From: an uncultured Gemmatimonadales bacterium
GTDB taxonomy: Bacteria; Gemmatimonadota; Gemmatimonadetes; Longimicrobiales; Gaopeijiaceae
Length of the DNA stretch: 64,000 nt
NCBI GenBank assembly: GCA_963751265.1
Contig: CAVVTU010000003.1
Coordinates: forward strand, 492,156-556,155
Reading direction: 5' to 3'
The stretch's first letter is position 1. Each line of letters starts with the position of its first letter. This document shows positions 9,874 through 19,053 of this stretch, in pieces. Below the pieces are notes generated by a model. It was not told where the DNA came from. It made no database searches and saw only the letters and a program-made list of their open reading frames with translations. The translations under genes were made by a program, and so were the position numbers.

Positions 9874-11969
9874 GCGCTGGGTCGGACCGGCTGCGCGTCG
9901 CCGGCGTGGCGGTGCTCGCCCTCGCGGTGGCGGGATGTCGTGGTGGCGGCGCCGGACCCACCGCGGACTCGCTCACGGGTGACTGGGACTACTACCAGAT
10001 GCTCGGGGCCGGGCCCATCGGGGGCTTCCAGGCGCGGCGGCGCTTCGGGTTCGCGCACTTCCGGGGCACGGACGCGGACTCGAGCTGGCTCCGGCGCCGG
10101 AGCGGCCAGACGCTTCAGGCGATTCGAGCGATCCGCATGGATGGTGACTCGGTGCTCGTGGAGTTCGCGGACGACCGTTCCCTGAGGGGATCGCTCGTGG
10201 GCGACACGCTCGCGGGCCGCACCTTCCGTCGAGGGAGTCCGGTCGACCGGATCTGGTTGGTGCGGCGCGCGTCGCCGGCCGTTTTCGAGCGCCCTTATCG
10301 CCTGTGGAAGGGCCCCGTGTCGGACTCGACGTTCGCCGTGATGATCGACACCGCCGTGCCGATGAAGGCGCGCGACGGTGTCGTACTCATGAGCTTCGTG
10401 GGGAGGCCCGAAGGGCCCGGACCCTTCGGGGTGGTCATGGAGCGAACCCCGTACCTCAGGTGGGACACGGCCGCGGCGGTGTTCTGGGCCTCTCGCGGCT
10501 TCATCTACGTCAAGCAAGACGTGCGCGGACGCGGGGGCTCGGGCGGCGTTCTCGACATGAACGCCAACCAGGAGGAGGACGGCTACGACGCGGTGGAATG
10601 GGCCGCGGCGCTACCGGGGGCGAACGGCAGGGTCGGGATGATCGGACGCTCCAACCCCGGCCTCTACGCATGGTATGCGGCCATCGCGGCGCCTCCCCAC
10701 CTCGCCGCCATCGCTCCGGCGGTGGCTACGGCGGACCCCGTCAGACTCGTGCCCTACATCGACATGGTATTCAGCCCGACGATCGTACCGTGGCTCTGCC
10801 TGACCGCCGAGCCGGGGACGCTCTCGAGCATGAGCAACATCGACATCGTGAGCGCGTTCGAGCATCTGCCGGTCATCGAGAGCGCGGAGCGCGCGGGGTG
10901 CCCACGCCGGCAGTTCTGGGACGACTGGTTCGACCACCAGAAGCTCGACGACTATTGGAGGAGCCTGTCGATCGAGGCGCGCCTGAACAGGGTGAAGGCG
11001 CCAGTCCTCGGGATCTCGGGATGGTACGACGACGCCCGCGGCACCATCCGCAACTACATGGGCCTGGACAGCTTGCCCCACCACCCCTTCCAGCGCCTCG
11101 TCATGGACCCCGGCGCCCACAAGGGGATCGACTACGTCAACGGGGACTTCGGACCGGAGGCCCGCATCGACCCGCGCCTGCTCCAGCTCCGCTGGTTCGA
11201 CCACTACCTGAAGAGGATCGACAACGGGGTCGATCGGGAGCCGCCCGTAGACATCTTCGTCATGGGCGACGACCATTGGCGCCGCGAGAACGAGTGGCCG
11301 CTCGCTCGCACGCGATGGACGGAGTTCTACCTGCACTCGGGCGGCGGCGCGAACACCTCGTCGGGTGACGGCGTGCTGGACAGCATTCGCCCGGCCGACG
11401 AGCCCGGGGACACGTTCACCTACGATCCGGGCGATCCCACGCCCTACCTGGTCGATGCCCGGGAGCTCGAGCTCAACATCAACGAGGACTACGCCGGCGT
11501 AGACGCCGAGCGCCACGACCTGCTCGCGTTCACGTCGCCTCCGCTCACCGAGCCGATGGAGATCACCGGTCCGATGTCGGCCACGCTCTGGGCCGCGACC
11601 GACGCTCGGGATACGGACTGGAACGTGATGCTCCTCGACGTCCACCCAGACGGCCGCGCGCTGCGCGTCCAGGATGGAGTCGCACGTGCCCGATTCCGCA
11701 ACGGATTCGATCGCCCTGCGCTGCTCGCGCCGGGCCGAGTCTACCGGTACGAGATCGACCTCTGGTTCACGAGCCTCGTCATTCCGGCGGGACACCGCTT
11801 GCGGGTCACGGTGGCATCGGCGGCTTTTCCCAAGTACGACCGGAACCTGAATACGGGTGGCGACAACGAGCGCGACACCGTCTTCGTGTCCGCGCACCAG
11901 CGGATCCTGCACGACGCCGCGCATCCGTCACACGTGCGCTTGCCGCTCATCCCGAGGTCGGGAGGATAG
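9870..11969 (+). CDS. CocE/NonD family hydrolase (S15 X-Pro dipeptidyl-peptidase-like), lipoprotein signal
   Basis: The ATG at 9870 overlaps the preceding stop (ATGA). MSAGSDRLRVAGVAVLALAVAGC carries a lipobox. ERTPYLRW, DVRGRGGSGG, DGYDAVEWAA and a nucleophile elbow GMIGRSNPG (GxSxxG as in CocE) are present, with a C-terminal beta-sandwich ending HPSHVRLPL. Confidence 0.8.
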   Translation: MSAGSDRLRVAGVAVLALAVAGCRGGGAGPTADSLTGDWDYYQMLGAGPIGGFQARRRFGFAHFRGTDADSSWLRRRSGQTLQAIRAIRMDGDSVLVEFADDRSLRGSLVGDTLAGRTFRRGSPVDRIWLVRRASPAVFERPYRLWKGPVSDSTFAVMIDTAVPMKARDGVVLMSFVGRPEGPGPFGVVMERTPYLRWDTAAAVFWASRGFIYVKQDVRGRGGSGGVLDMNANQEEDGYDAVEWAAALPGANGRVGMIGRSNPGLYAWYAAIAAPPHLAAIAPAVATADPVRLVPYIDMVFSPTIVPWLCLTAEPGTLSSMSNIDIVSAFEHLPVIESAERAGCPRRQFWDDWFDHQKLDDYWRSLSIEARLNRVKAPVLGISGWYDDARGTIRNYMGLDSLPHHPFQRLVMDPGAHKGIDYVNGDFGPEARIDPRLLQLRWFDHYLKRIDNGVDREPPVDIFVMGDDHWRRENEWPLARTRWTEFYLHSGGGANTSSGDGVLDSIRPADEPGDTFTYDPGDPTPYLVDARELELNINEDYAGVDAERHDLLAFTSPPLTEPMEITGPMSATLWAATDARDTDWNVMLLDVHPDGRALRVQDGVARARFRNGFDRPALLAPGRVYRYEIDLWFTSLVIPAGHRLRVTVASAAFPKYDRNLNTGGDNERDTVFVSAHQRILHDAAHPSHVRLPLIPRSGG

Positions 11970-12205
11970 GGATCTCGACGGGGCTCCGGGCGCGTGAGGC
12001 GGGAATGGCGCTCGGGGCGCCTCGGCGCGCCGTCCACGGCGGGGCGGGACGTTGCCCTGGTCAGATGGCTCGCGTCCGCGGGATGCACGGGCCTACCTTT
12101 GAAGGTGGTCGATGTCCCGGCGGCGCTCGAGCGGCTGTTCGGGCAATGGTGGACCGACCCGGTCCTGCTCACGCGCTCACGCGTACCGAGGAAGGAGCCT
12201 CATCC

Positions 12206-12367
12206 GTGAAAGGAATCCTGAACTTCACCGGGATGACGATCGGTGGATGGATCGGTTGGGTCATTGGCCAGCCCGTCTCGATCTTCACCGCATACATGTT
12301 GAGCGCAGTGGGGACCGGCGTTGGACTCTACGCCGCGATCCGGGTTACCAAGGCTCTGCTGCCCTGA
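12206..12367 (+). CDS. Small hydrophobic membrane protein (53 aa), hypothetical
   Basis: The GTG at 12206 is preceded by GGAAGGAG. VKGILNFTGMTIGGWIGWVIGQPVSIFTAYMLSAVGTGVGLYAAIRVTKALLP has two predicted TM helices. The longer 12005 start is Arg/Ala-rich and unlikely. Confidence 0.45.
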   Translation: MKGILNFTGMTIGGWIGWVIGQPVSIFTAYMLSAVGTGVGLYAAIRVTKALLP

Positions 12368-12439
12368 GGCGCCTTCCCTGTCGGTAGTATCTCCGGGGAT
12401 GGTTGCCGCCCCGGACCGCGGGGTGCTTTCGACCGGAGC

Positions 12440-13114
12440 TCAGGAGCCGCCGGGCTCCACCGTCGCCCTCGTGATACGATCGAGCTCGGGGAACTCCTGG
12501 GCGAAGTAGGCCTCCCCCAGCGCCAGCGCCCGTGCCTGGTACGGACCGTCGCCGCGCGGCGGTCCGTCGCCGTAGGCGGAGTAGAACCGGTCGACGACGT
12601 CCATTCCCTCCACGACCTCGCCGAACGGCGCGAATCCGTGTTCGTCGAGGCTCGGGTTGTTCCGCAGGTTCACGAACACGACGGTGGTGCGGGTGTGCAC
12701 GCCTCCCTGCGCGAAGGCCACCCGGCCCCTCGCGTTGGAGTGCGTGACGGAGTCGTCCACGATATAGGCTTCCTTCCAGGCCGCGTTGATGCGCGGATCT
12801 CCGTTCACACCCCACTGGGCCAGGGTGCCGTCGATGACGCGGTAGATACGATCCCCGTCGTAGAAGCCGTTCTTCACCAGGTTGTAGAACCGGTCTGCGC
12901 CCCTGGGGGCCCAGGCCCGGTGTACCTCGACGACGAAGCTGCCCTGCGTGGTCGAGAAGCGGACCCGGTACTCGGCTGGGGATGTCTCCTTCAATCGCCG
13001 CGGCTGCAGAAGCGGATTCGGGGGTTGGCGGGGCTGTTCGCGTGCAGAATCACGCTCCTGGCATGCTCCCAGGCCCACGAGGAGTAGCGCGAGAACGGCG
13101 GTATTGGGACGCAT
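12440..13114 (-). CDS. Cyclophilin-type peptidyl-prolyl cis-trans isomerase, secreted/lipoprotein
   Basis: 224 aa with signal/lipobox LLLVGLGAC. FYNLVKNGFYDGDRIYRVI...FAQGG...NPSLDEHGFAPFGEVVEGMDVV is a cyclophilin signature. Confidence 0.85.
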   Translation of the reverse strand: MRPNTAVLALLLVGLGACQERDSAREQPRQPPNPLLQPRRLKETSPAEYRVRFSTTQGSFVVEVHRAWAPRGADRFYNLVKNGFYDGDRIYRVIDGTLAQWGVNGDPRINAAWKEAYIVDDSVTHSNARGRVAFAQGGVHTRTTVVFVNLRNNPSLDEHGFAPFGEVVEGMDVVDRFYSAYGDGPPRGDGPYQARALALGEAYFAQEFPELDRITRATVEPGGS

Positions 13115-13221
13115 GATAAACGCTAAATCGGATCAGATGGCAGTGACGAGGGTAGCTAACCTTACTCTCCGCATGTCGCGAGTCGAAGGGCGACGCCAAA
13201 CCAACGAAAGGCCGGTAACCC

Positions 13222-13587
13222 ATGGCCCACGAGTGGCTGGAAAAGGAGGATCTCTCGGTCTACGTCATCTCCGACGTTCCGAGGAGCTTCCAGAAGGAAT
13301 TGAAGCACCTCCTGCACGAGCACCAGGGGGACGACGTCGAGGTTATGCGCCTGGACGACGACCTGTCTCAGTGGGTTCTGGCCCGCATTCGAGGCGCCAA
13401 GCGCCAAGGGTCGAAGAGAAGCCCCGCATCCGAGGCGCTCTGGCGGGCGTTCCGCGCCCTGGCCGCTGCCCGGTACCACCTGCGCGGTGACGCGAAGATG
13501 GATGCGCGCATCCGCAAGCTGCGTGACAAGGTCGAGGCCCTCTGGTTCAAGACGAGCCCGCTCCACGACAACGGCGACGAAGGCTGA
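13222..13587 (+). CDS. Hypothetical protein (121 aa)
   Basis: ATG-initiated ORF that ends inside a strong hairpin terminator. No recognisable domain. Confidence 0.45.
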   Translation: MAHEWLEKEDLSVYVISDVPRSFQKELKHLLHEHQGDDVEVMRLDDDLSQWVLARIRGAKRQGSKRSPASEALWRAFRALAAARYHLRGDAKMDARIRKLRDKVEALWFKTSPLHDNGDEG

Positions 13588-13609
13588 GGCGCCCGCCGGG
13601 CGCCTCAGC
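13583..13609 (+). terminator. Hairpin terminator
   Basis: GCTGAGGCGCCC-GCC-GGGCGCCTCAGC, a 12-bp perfect stem that includes the TGA of the 13222 ORF. Confidence 0.6.
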
Positions 13610-13639
13610 CTGTGCGTCCGTCGGTCAAGCCTGGATGAC

Positions 13640-13674
13640 GACGGGCCGTTCCGCGCAGCGCGGAACGGCCCGTC
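13640..13674 (-). terminator. Hairpin terminator downstream of csp
   Basis: GACGGGCCGTTCCGCG-CAG-CGCGGAACGGCCCGTC, a 16-bp perfect stem about 20 nt past the csp stop. No U-tract. Confidence 0.6.
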
Positions 13675-13695
13675 GCGCCTGAATGAGGTCGGGTG

Positions 13696-13905
13696 CTAGG
13701 AGATCTTGACCACGTTCTCCGCAGCGGGGCCCTTGGTACCCTCGACCACCTCGAACTCGACACGATCGCCTTCGTTCAGGCTCCTGAACCCTTCGGACTG
13801 GATGGCCGAGTGGTGCACGAAGCAGTCTTTTTCACCCCCGTCCGGCGTGATGAAGCCGAAACCCTTCTGGTCGTTGAACCACTTCACCGTTCCTGCGGTA
13901 CGCAT
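13696..13905 (-). CDS. cspA: Cold-shock protein (CspA family)
   Basis: 69 aa: [36 protein letters not shown]... with RNP1/RNP2 motifs. GGAGGAG lies upstream of the ATG at 13905. The track ORF 13696..14217 over-extends the N-terminus. Confidence 0.9.
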   Translation of the reverse strand: MRTAGTVKWFNDQKGFGFITPDGGEKDCFVHHSAIQSEGFRSLNEGDRVEFEVVEGTKGPAAENVVKIS

Positions 13906-14158
13906 CCATCTCCTCCGTTGTTCGTCTCCGTCGGAGTCCGGGCGCGTTCCGTAGCTTCCGACTGATGACTCCCACGGCTGTCGACCCGCGCGCTGGGTTG
14001 TGGCCTGGAGCCACCGTGGACGGGCTCCGACGAGCCCTCGCCGTAGAGGCCGAAGCTGCGCCACATGACGTGGCCGGTCAAGCACTTTCTTGTGTGCGCC
14101 CGCTCGCGCAGCGAGAGTGGAACGTCTTCGAAGCACTCGAGAGCGAACCACCACATCG

Positions 14159-15217
14159 ATGGAACTGTCGATGATCGATCTGCGAAGTGATACGGTAACC
14201 CGTCCGACGCCGGCCATGCGGGAGGCGATGGCCGGGGCGGAGGTGGGCGACGACGCCTACGGAGAGGACCCCACGGTCAACGCGCTCGAACATCGAGTCG
14301 CTCGACTTCTCGGGATGGAGGCCGCGGTCTTCGTACCCACGGGGACGATGGCCAACCAGGTGGCCTTGAGGGTCCACGCCGACTCGGGGGACGTGGCGTT
14401 GATGGACCGGAACGCGCACGTGATCCTCAACGAGGGCGGGGCCGCCGCCGCCCTCTGGGGGCTCACCGTGCGGCCGCTGTCCGGCCGACACGGGATCTTC
14501 ACCGGTGCCGACGTCGAGGCCGCGATCGACGTGTCCCATCCCTTCAATCCGACCCACCTGACGCAGCCCGTCCGCCTTCTTTGTGTGGAGAACACCCACA
14601 ACGTCGGAGGTGGCAGCGTGTGGCCGCTCGCCGCCCTCCGGGCGGTGACGGCGGTGGCGCGGGAGCACGGGCTACGCCTGCACCTCGACGGCGCACGACT
14701 CTGGAACGCGGCTGTCGCGTCGGGTTCGTCCGAGGCGGAGTACGCCGGCCTGTTCGACACGGTGAGCGTGTGCTTCAGCAAGGGCCTGGGCGCTCCGGTC
14801 GGATCCGCCCTGGTCGGCTCGTCGGAGCTGATCACCCGGGCGCGACGGTTCAAGCAGCAGCTCGGCGGTGGCTTCCGACAGGCCGGCATCGTCGCGGCGG
14901 GAGCCCTCCATGCCCTGGAGCGCCACCGCGAACGACTCCGCGACGATCACGAGAACGCCCGCCTGTTCGCGATGGGCATCTCCGAGATTCCAGGGGTTCG
15001 CGTGGAACTCGACTGGGTACGAACGAACATCGTTCGCTTCGAAGTCGAGAGCATGCCGGCTGGGGCGTTCGTGGAGGCCTGTCACGACCGCGGGCTCTTC
15101 ATGTTGCCAACGACCCCCCACGGCGTTCGGGCGGTCACGCACCTGGACGTGAGCCGGCAGGATGTGATCACCGCCGTCGATATCATGGGTGACGTCGTGA
15201 CCGGCTCGGGCGACTGA
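14159..15217 (+). CDS. ltaE: Low-specificity L-threonine aldolase (beta-eliminating lyase family)
   Basis: [44 protein letters not shown]...[12 protein letters not shown] carries the PLP-lysine motif. The start was chosen at the first ATG preceding the conserved DLRSDT. Confidence 0.8.
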   Translation: MELSMIDLRSDTVTRPTPAMREAMAGAEVGDDAYGEDPTVNALEHRVARLLGMEAAVFVPTGTMANQVALRVHADSGDVALMDRNAHVILNEGGAAAALWGLTVRPLSGRHGIFTGADVEAAIDVSHPFNPTHLTQPVRLLCVENTHNVGGGSVWPLAALRAVTAVAREHGLRLHLDGARLWNAAVASGSSEAEYAGLFDTVSVCFSKGLGAPVGSALVGSSELITRARRFKQQLGGGFRQAGIVAAGALHALERHRERLRDDHENARLFAMGISEIPGVRVELDWVRTNIVRFEVESMPAGAFVEACHDRGLFMLPTTPHGVRAVTHLDVSRQDVITAVDIMGDVVTGSGD

Positions 15218-15256
15218 CCGACCTGTGGTATCCCCAACTTCGAGGAGGAGGGCCGA

Positions 15257-15832
15257 ATGGGCGTGAACCCGGAGACCGCGACGCTGGCTGGCGGGTGTTT
15301 CTGGTGCTTGGAGGCGGTGTTCGAACAGGTCCAGGGCGTGACATCGGTCCAGTCCGGCTATGCCGGTGGCCACGTGCCCGAGCCGACCTACGAGCAGGTA
15401 TGCACGGGGGAGACCGGACATGCCGAGGTCGTCCAGGTGACCTTCGACCCGGAGGTGATCGCCTACCGCGAGCTCCTGGAGATCTTCTTCTCCATCCACG
15501 ATCCGACCACCCGGAACCGCCAGGGGGCCGATGTGGGCACGCAGTACCGGTCGGTGGTCTTCACACACTCCGACGGGCAGCGGGCGATCGCCCGGGACCT
15601 CTTGGTCGAGCTCGAGCACGAGGGGCCGTGGGACGACCCGATCGTGACCGAGCTCGAGCCCCTGGAGGCCTTCTACCCGGCGGAGGATTATCACGGAGAG
15701 TACTATCGGAACAATCCGGGGCAGTCCTATTGCAGGCTCGTGATCGAGCCCAAAGTGGCCAAGTTCCGGCAACGGTTCGCCCACCGGCTGCGGGGGCGCG
15801 ACGAGCAGGTTCCTCGCAACGGCGAGCGGTAG
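15257..15832 (+). CDS. msrA: Peptide-methionine (S)-S-oxide reductase
   Basis: Contains GGCFWCLEAVF...GYAGG...YEQVCTGETGHAEVVQVTFDP...HDPTTRNRQGADVGTQYRS. Confidence 0.9.
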   Translation: MGVNPETATLAGGCFWCLEAVFEQVQGVTSVQSGYAGGHVPEPTYEQVCTGETGHAEVVQVTFDPEVIAYRELLEIFFSIHDPTTRNRQGADVGTQYRSVVFTHSDGQRAIARDLLVELEHEGPWDDPIVTELEPLEAFYPAEDYHGEYYRNNPGQSYCRLVIEPKVAKFRQRFAHRLRGRDEQVPRNGER

Positions 15833-15931
15833 CCGGAAAACGCCACAACTGTAGGGGAACTTCCACGCATCCGGCGGTATAAGTGCGGATCACCCGCACT
15901 GCTTAACCGTAACCCATAGGAGGGTGCGCAT

Positions 15932-16366
15932 ATGCCCAAGCCCCCCGGCGCGCTCGTCGTGAAGTGGCGGGATCTGGCCGAAGAGGGCTACCTGTACGCC
16001 GAGATCGCCCGGCTCTTTCCGGAGTACTCGGTAGATCAGGTCCGGCACTACTGCCTGGGACACACTGGACGCAAGCTTCCGGGCCCCATTCAGACCGTGG
16101 ATCGTTGGTACGGCTCCAACGTATGGCTCCGGGGAGAGAATTCCCCGCACGCCGAGATCACCGAGGAGCAGGCCCGGGAGGTCTTGGACGATTGGGACGA
16201 GGAAGCCGATCGATGGGGAACGTCGGGAGCGGAATGGGCGAGGCGACTTGGTGTTTCGCCCAGCACCATCTACATGCTCCGGCGTGGTGAGACCTGGGGA
16301 TTCCTGGATCACCCCAATCAGGCACGGAAGCCTCGCAAGAAGCGCAGGCGCAGGAAGAAGGCCTGA
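15932..16366 (+). CDS. Hypothetical DNA-binding protein with two HTH-like segments and a poly-basic tail
   Basis: 144 aa with GGAGG upstream. GENSPHAEITEEQAREV...WARRLGVSPSTIYMLRRGETWGFL resembles phage-type HTH modules. The C-terminus is KPRKKRRRRKKA. Confidence 0.5.
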   Translation: MPKPPGALVVKWRDLAEEGYLYAEIARLFPEYSVDQVRHYCLGHTGRKLPGPIQTVDRWYGSNVWLRGENSPHAEITEEQAREVLDDWDEEADRWGTSGAEWARRLGVSPSTIYMLRRGETWGFLDHPNQARKPRKKRRRRKKA

Positions 16367-16394
16367 ACCCTTTTCGAAGGGAAGAGCAACAGCT

Positions 16395-16434
16395 GCCCCG
16401 GTGCGCGAATCTGCGTGCCGGGGCGCTTTCTTTC
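16395..16434 (+). terminator. Probable intrinsic terminator
   Basis: GCCCCGG...CCGGGGC stem followed by GCTTTCTTTC. Confidence 0.45.
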
Positions 16435-16596
16435 GGGGATGGGTGCCCCGATCGACGCACGCCGCCTCGGCCCACCCCGTGCTTGCGCCACTGTGGGACT
16501 TCCTCCGACAGGCGCATCATCCGTTTCCCGATAGCCCGACATGGCCCGGCGATGCACCATACAAGTACTGCCCGTTCCACGAGCGGGAGGTGCACC

Positions 16597-17064
16597 ATGC
16601 CAGTCGAGCGACTGCGCGAGTATCTCGAGGAGCATCACGTCAAGTACGTGACCATCAAGCACCGACCGGCGTTCACGGCGCAGCAGATCGCCGCGACGGC
16701 CCACCTGCCCGGCAGGGACCTGGCCAAGACGGTGGTGGTGAAGCTGGATGGCAAGTTCGCCATGGCCGTGCTCCCGGCGCCGGACAAGGTCAGCGCCAGC
16801 CGACTCCGGGAGGTTTCGGGGGCCAAGGAAGTCGAGCTCGCCTCGGAGTCCGAATTCGCCGGGCTCTTTCCGCGATGCGAAGTCGGGGCCATGCCCCCCT
16901 TCGGCAACCTGTGGGGAATGCAGGTGTTCGTGGACTGCCGCCTCTGTGAAGACGAGCAGATCGCCTTCAACGCCGGAAGCCACACGGAGCTGCTGAAGCT
17001 CTCCTACGCCGACTACGAGAAGCTGGTCAGGCCGAAGATCGCGGCCCTGTCCACCCGCAACTGA
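16597..17064 (+). CDS. YbaK/EbsC/ProX-type aminoacyl-tRNA deacylase domain protein
   Basis: The ATG at 16597 follows GGGAGG. MPVERLREYLEEHHVKYVTIKH...AKTVVVKLDGKFAMAVLPA...PPFGNLWGMQVFVD...IAFNAGSH matches the family. Confidence 0.7.
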   Translation: MPVERLREYLEEHHVKYVTIKHRPAFTAQQIAATAHLPGRDLAKTVVVKLDGKFAMAVLPAPDKVSASRLREVSGAKEVELASESEFAGLFPRCEVGAMPPFGNLWGMQVFVDCRLCEDEQIAFNAGSHTELLKLSYADYEKLVRPKIAALSTRN

Positions 17065-17085
17065 TCGGCGGCGGACGTAAGGGAT

Positions 17086-17104
17086 GGCGGCCTCTCCGGC
17101 CGCC
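17086..17104. terminator. Short bidirectional hairpin between convergent genes
   Basis: GGCGGCC-TCTCC-GGCCGCC. Confidence 0.35.
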
Positions 17105-17117
17105 GTCCTCCGGGCTC

Positions 17118-17435
17118 CTACTCGGTGTGAGCAGACGCCTCGCCGTCGTCCGTTCCCCGTTCCTCCAGGCGAGCCGGTGGCCGAGTCGTGGGCACCGCTC
17201 CGCCCAGGAGCTGTTCGGTGAAGTCGAGCCGGTCGTCGAGGTTGCGCAGGTGGCGACCCAACTCCGCGACGTCGGCCTTGAGCATCTCGAGCTCCCCGGG
17301 ATCGGCCACCCGCGGCGTAGCGACGGGCCGACTGACCTTCCGCATCACCCACTGGGCCAGTAGCGTGCCCGCGGTGCCGATCGCGCCGCCGCACACGAAC
17401 ACGGCCCCCACCACCACCCAGACTTCCGGGCTCAT
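17118..17435 (-). CDS. Hypothetical single-TM protein with coiled-coil segment
   Basis: 105 aa. The N-terminal TM segment is VWVVVGAVFVCGGAIGTAGTLLAQWV, followed by ELEMLKADVAELGRHLRNLDDRLDFTEQLL. Confidence 0.45.
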   Translation of the reverse strand: MSPEVWVVVGAVFVCGGAIGTAGTLLAQWVMRKVSRPVATPRVADPGELEMLKADVAELGRHLRNLDDRLDFTEQLLGGAVPTTRPPARLEERGTDDGEASAHTE

Positions 17436-17523
17436 GGCTCCCCTTTTTCGGTGACCCGCTCCTCCTCTCCCGGAGAAACCGGTCCGCCGCGCAGGTGCTC
17501 ACCACCTGCTCCTGACACAGACG

Positions 17524-17985
17524 GTGGCGCGCGGCGCCGAGTTTCGCCAGCGTGCTTCGCCAAACGGCGGGATGCTGCACTACTGCGGGGAGCGACCGGG
17601 GGCGGTCGAGATCAACAACACGTTCTACCGGATGCGTCGTATCCTCGATGACCTCGGTGACCGCCCGGGCGTGGTACTCGTCCAGCTTCCGCCGAACCTG
17701 AAGCGCGAGTTCGATCGGCTGGAGGACTTCATGGACCTCCGGCGGTGGGCCGAGCGTATCCAGGCGCGGGCCTGGAGGCGGGCCTTCGTGTTGTTCAAGC
17801 ACGAGGACACGGGGGGCCGGTTTCCGGATGGCGGCCGGATTCCTCGAGATCGCTTCGGGTTGAAGGGCTTTCGGGGTGGGGCAACCCTTTCCGGGGCCAT
17901 CGCACCGTATAGGAGATGTTGTCGCAGTGGACGTTCGCACCGCACGGTGGACGTTCGCTCGGAGGGCCTGCCCGGCGCGCCGTGA
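17524..17985 (+). pseudogene. DUF72-family gene remnant with large internal deletions
   Basis: Only islands of the DUF72 pattern are retained: MLHYCGERPGAVEINNTFYRM / LGDRPGVVLVQLPPNLKREFDRLEDFMDL / RWAERIQA...AFVLFKHED. The ~160 residues normally found between them are missing, and the C-terminus is out of family. Confidence 0.5.
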
Positions 17986-18075
17986 AGAGGATGGGGAGTG
18001 CAGGTACGTGCCGTTGCCGCGTTGGAGCCGGGGGCCCTGACGCGGTCTTTTTCATAGAGAGAGGGGAGTGAACGG

Positions 18076-19053
18076 ATGATCTCCGTCGAAGGGGTGACCA
18101 AGCGCTACGGACATCTCGTCGCGGTCGACACGCTGACGTTCGAGGTGGACCGGGGCGAAGTCGTCGGCTTCCTCGGTCCGAACGGGGCCGGCAAGTCCAC
18201 GACGATGAAGATGCTCACCGGGACGTTGCAGCCGGACGAAGGCGCGGTGTACTTCGAGGGAGCGGCGATTGCCGAGGCCCTCACCGAGGCCAAGCGGCGC
18301 GTCGGCTACCTGCCCGAAGCGAACCCGTTGTACGACGAGATGCTCGTGGTGGAGTACCTCGAATACGTGGCCGACCTGCGTGACCTCCACGGCAGCCAAG
18401 CCCGTTCGTCCGTGGCCGACGCTGTCGACGAGACGGGGATTTCCGACGTGTTCTTCCGTCCCATCGGCGAGCTGTCGAAGGGGTATCGGCAGCGTGTCGG
18501 CCTGGCAGGCGCGATCCTGCACCGACCCGAGGTGCTCATCCTCGATGAGCCGACGGAAGGGCTCGATCCCAACCAGCGCGTGGAGATTCGACGCTTGGTG
18601 GGCGACCTGGGCCGCGAGCGGACGGTCCTGCTCAGCACCCACGTGATGCAGGAGGTCGAGGCCACCTGTTCCCGGCTCCTGATCCTGAGCCGGGGACATC
18701 TGGCCGCCCAGGGGAGCGTTCAGGACCTCCTGGCGAGCCGCTCGGGCGCGATCCGGTACGTCGTCGAGGCCGAGGGTGAGGGCGTCGCCGAAGGGCTGGC
18801 GGGGCTTCCCGGTGTCGGGTCACACGAGGTCGAGACGTTGGACGGACGCGTGCGCGTCCACCTGGAGGCCCTCGGAGACGAGGAGCTCCGGCCCGCCATC
18901 TACGAGTTGGCGAGAGACCGGAGCTGGGTGCTCTGGGAGCTCCATCGAGAGCGAGGGAGCCTGGAGCAGGTGTTCCGCAACCTCACGTCCGAGCCGGCCT
19001 CGCCCGTGGACACGGGGCCGACGGACGGCGGCCGCGAGGAGGTGGCCCGATGA
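18076..19053 (+). CDS. ABC transporter ATP-binding protein (GldA-like)
   Basis: Walker A GPNGAGKST, signature LSKGYRQRVGLA, Walker B LILDEPTEGLD. It is the first gene of a 3-gene overlapping cluster. Confidence 0.85.
   Translation: MISVEGVTKRYGHLVAVDTLTFEVDRGEVVGFLGPNGAGKSTTMKMLTGTLQPDEGAVYFEGAAIAEALTEAKRRVGYLPEANPLYDEMLVVEYLEYVADLRDLHGSQARSSVADAVDETGISDVFFRPIGELSKGYRQRVGLAGAILHRPEVLILDEPTEGLDPNQRVEIRRLVGDLGRERTVLLSTHVMQEVEATCSRLLILSRGHLAAQGSVQDLLASRSGAIRYVVEAEGEGVAEGLAGLPGVGSHEVETLDGRVRVHLEALGDEELRPAIYELARDRSWVLWELHRERGSLEQVFRNLTSEPASPVDTGPTDGGREEVAR

Noticed and set aside
13906-14158. The long untranslated leader upstream of csp, with a TTGACC hexamer at 14081-14076, considered as a cold-shock thermosensor.
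   Set aside because: It is plausible by analogy with cspA. However, I could not identify a cold-box or a convincing -10 by eye, so it is left unannotated.
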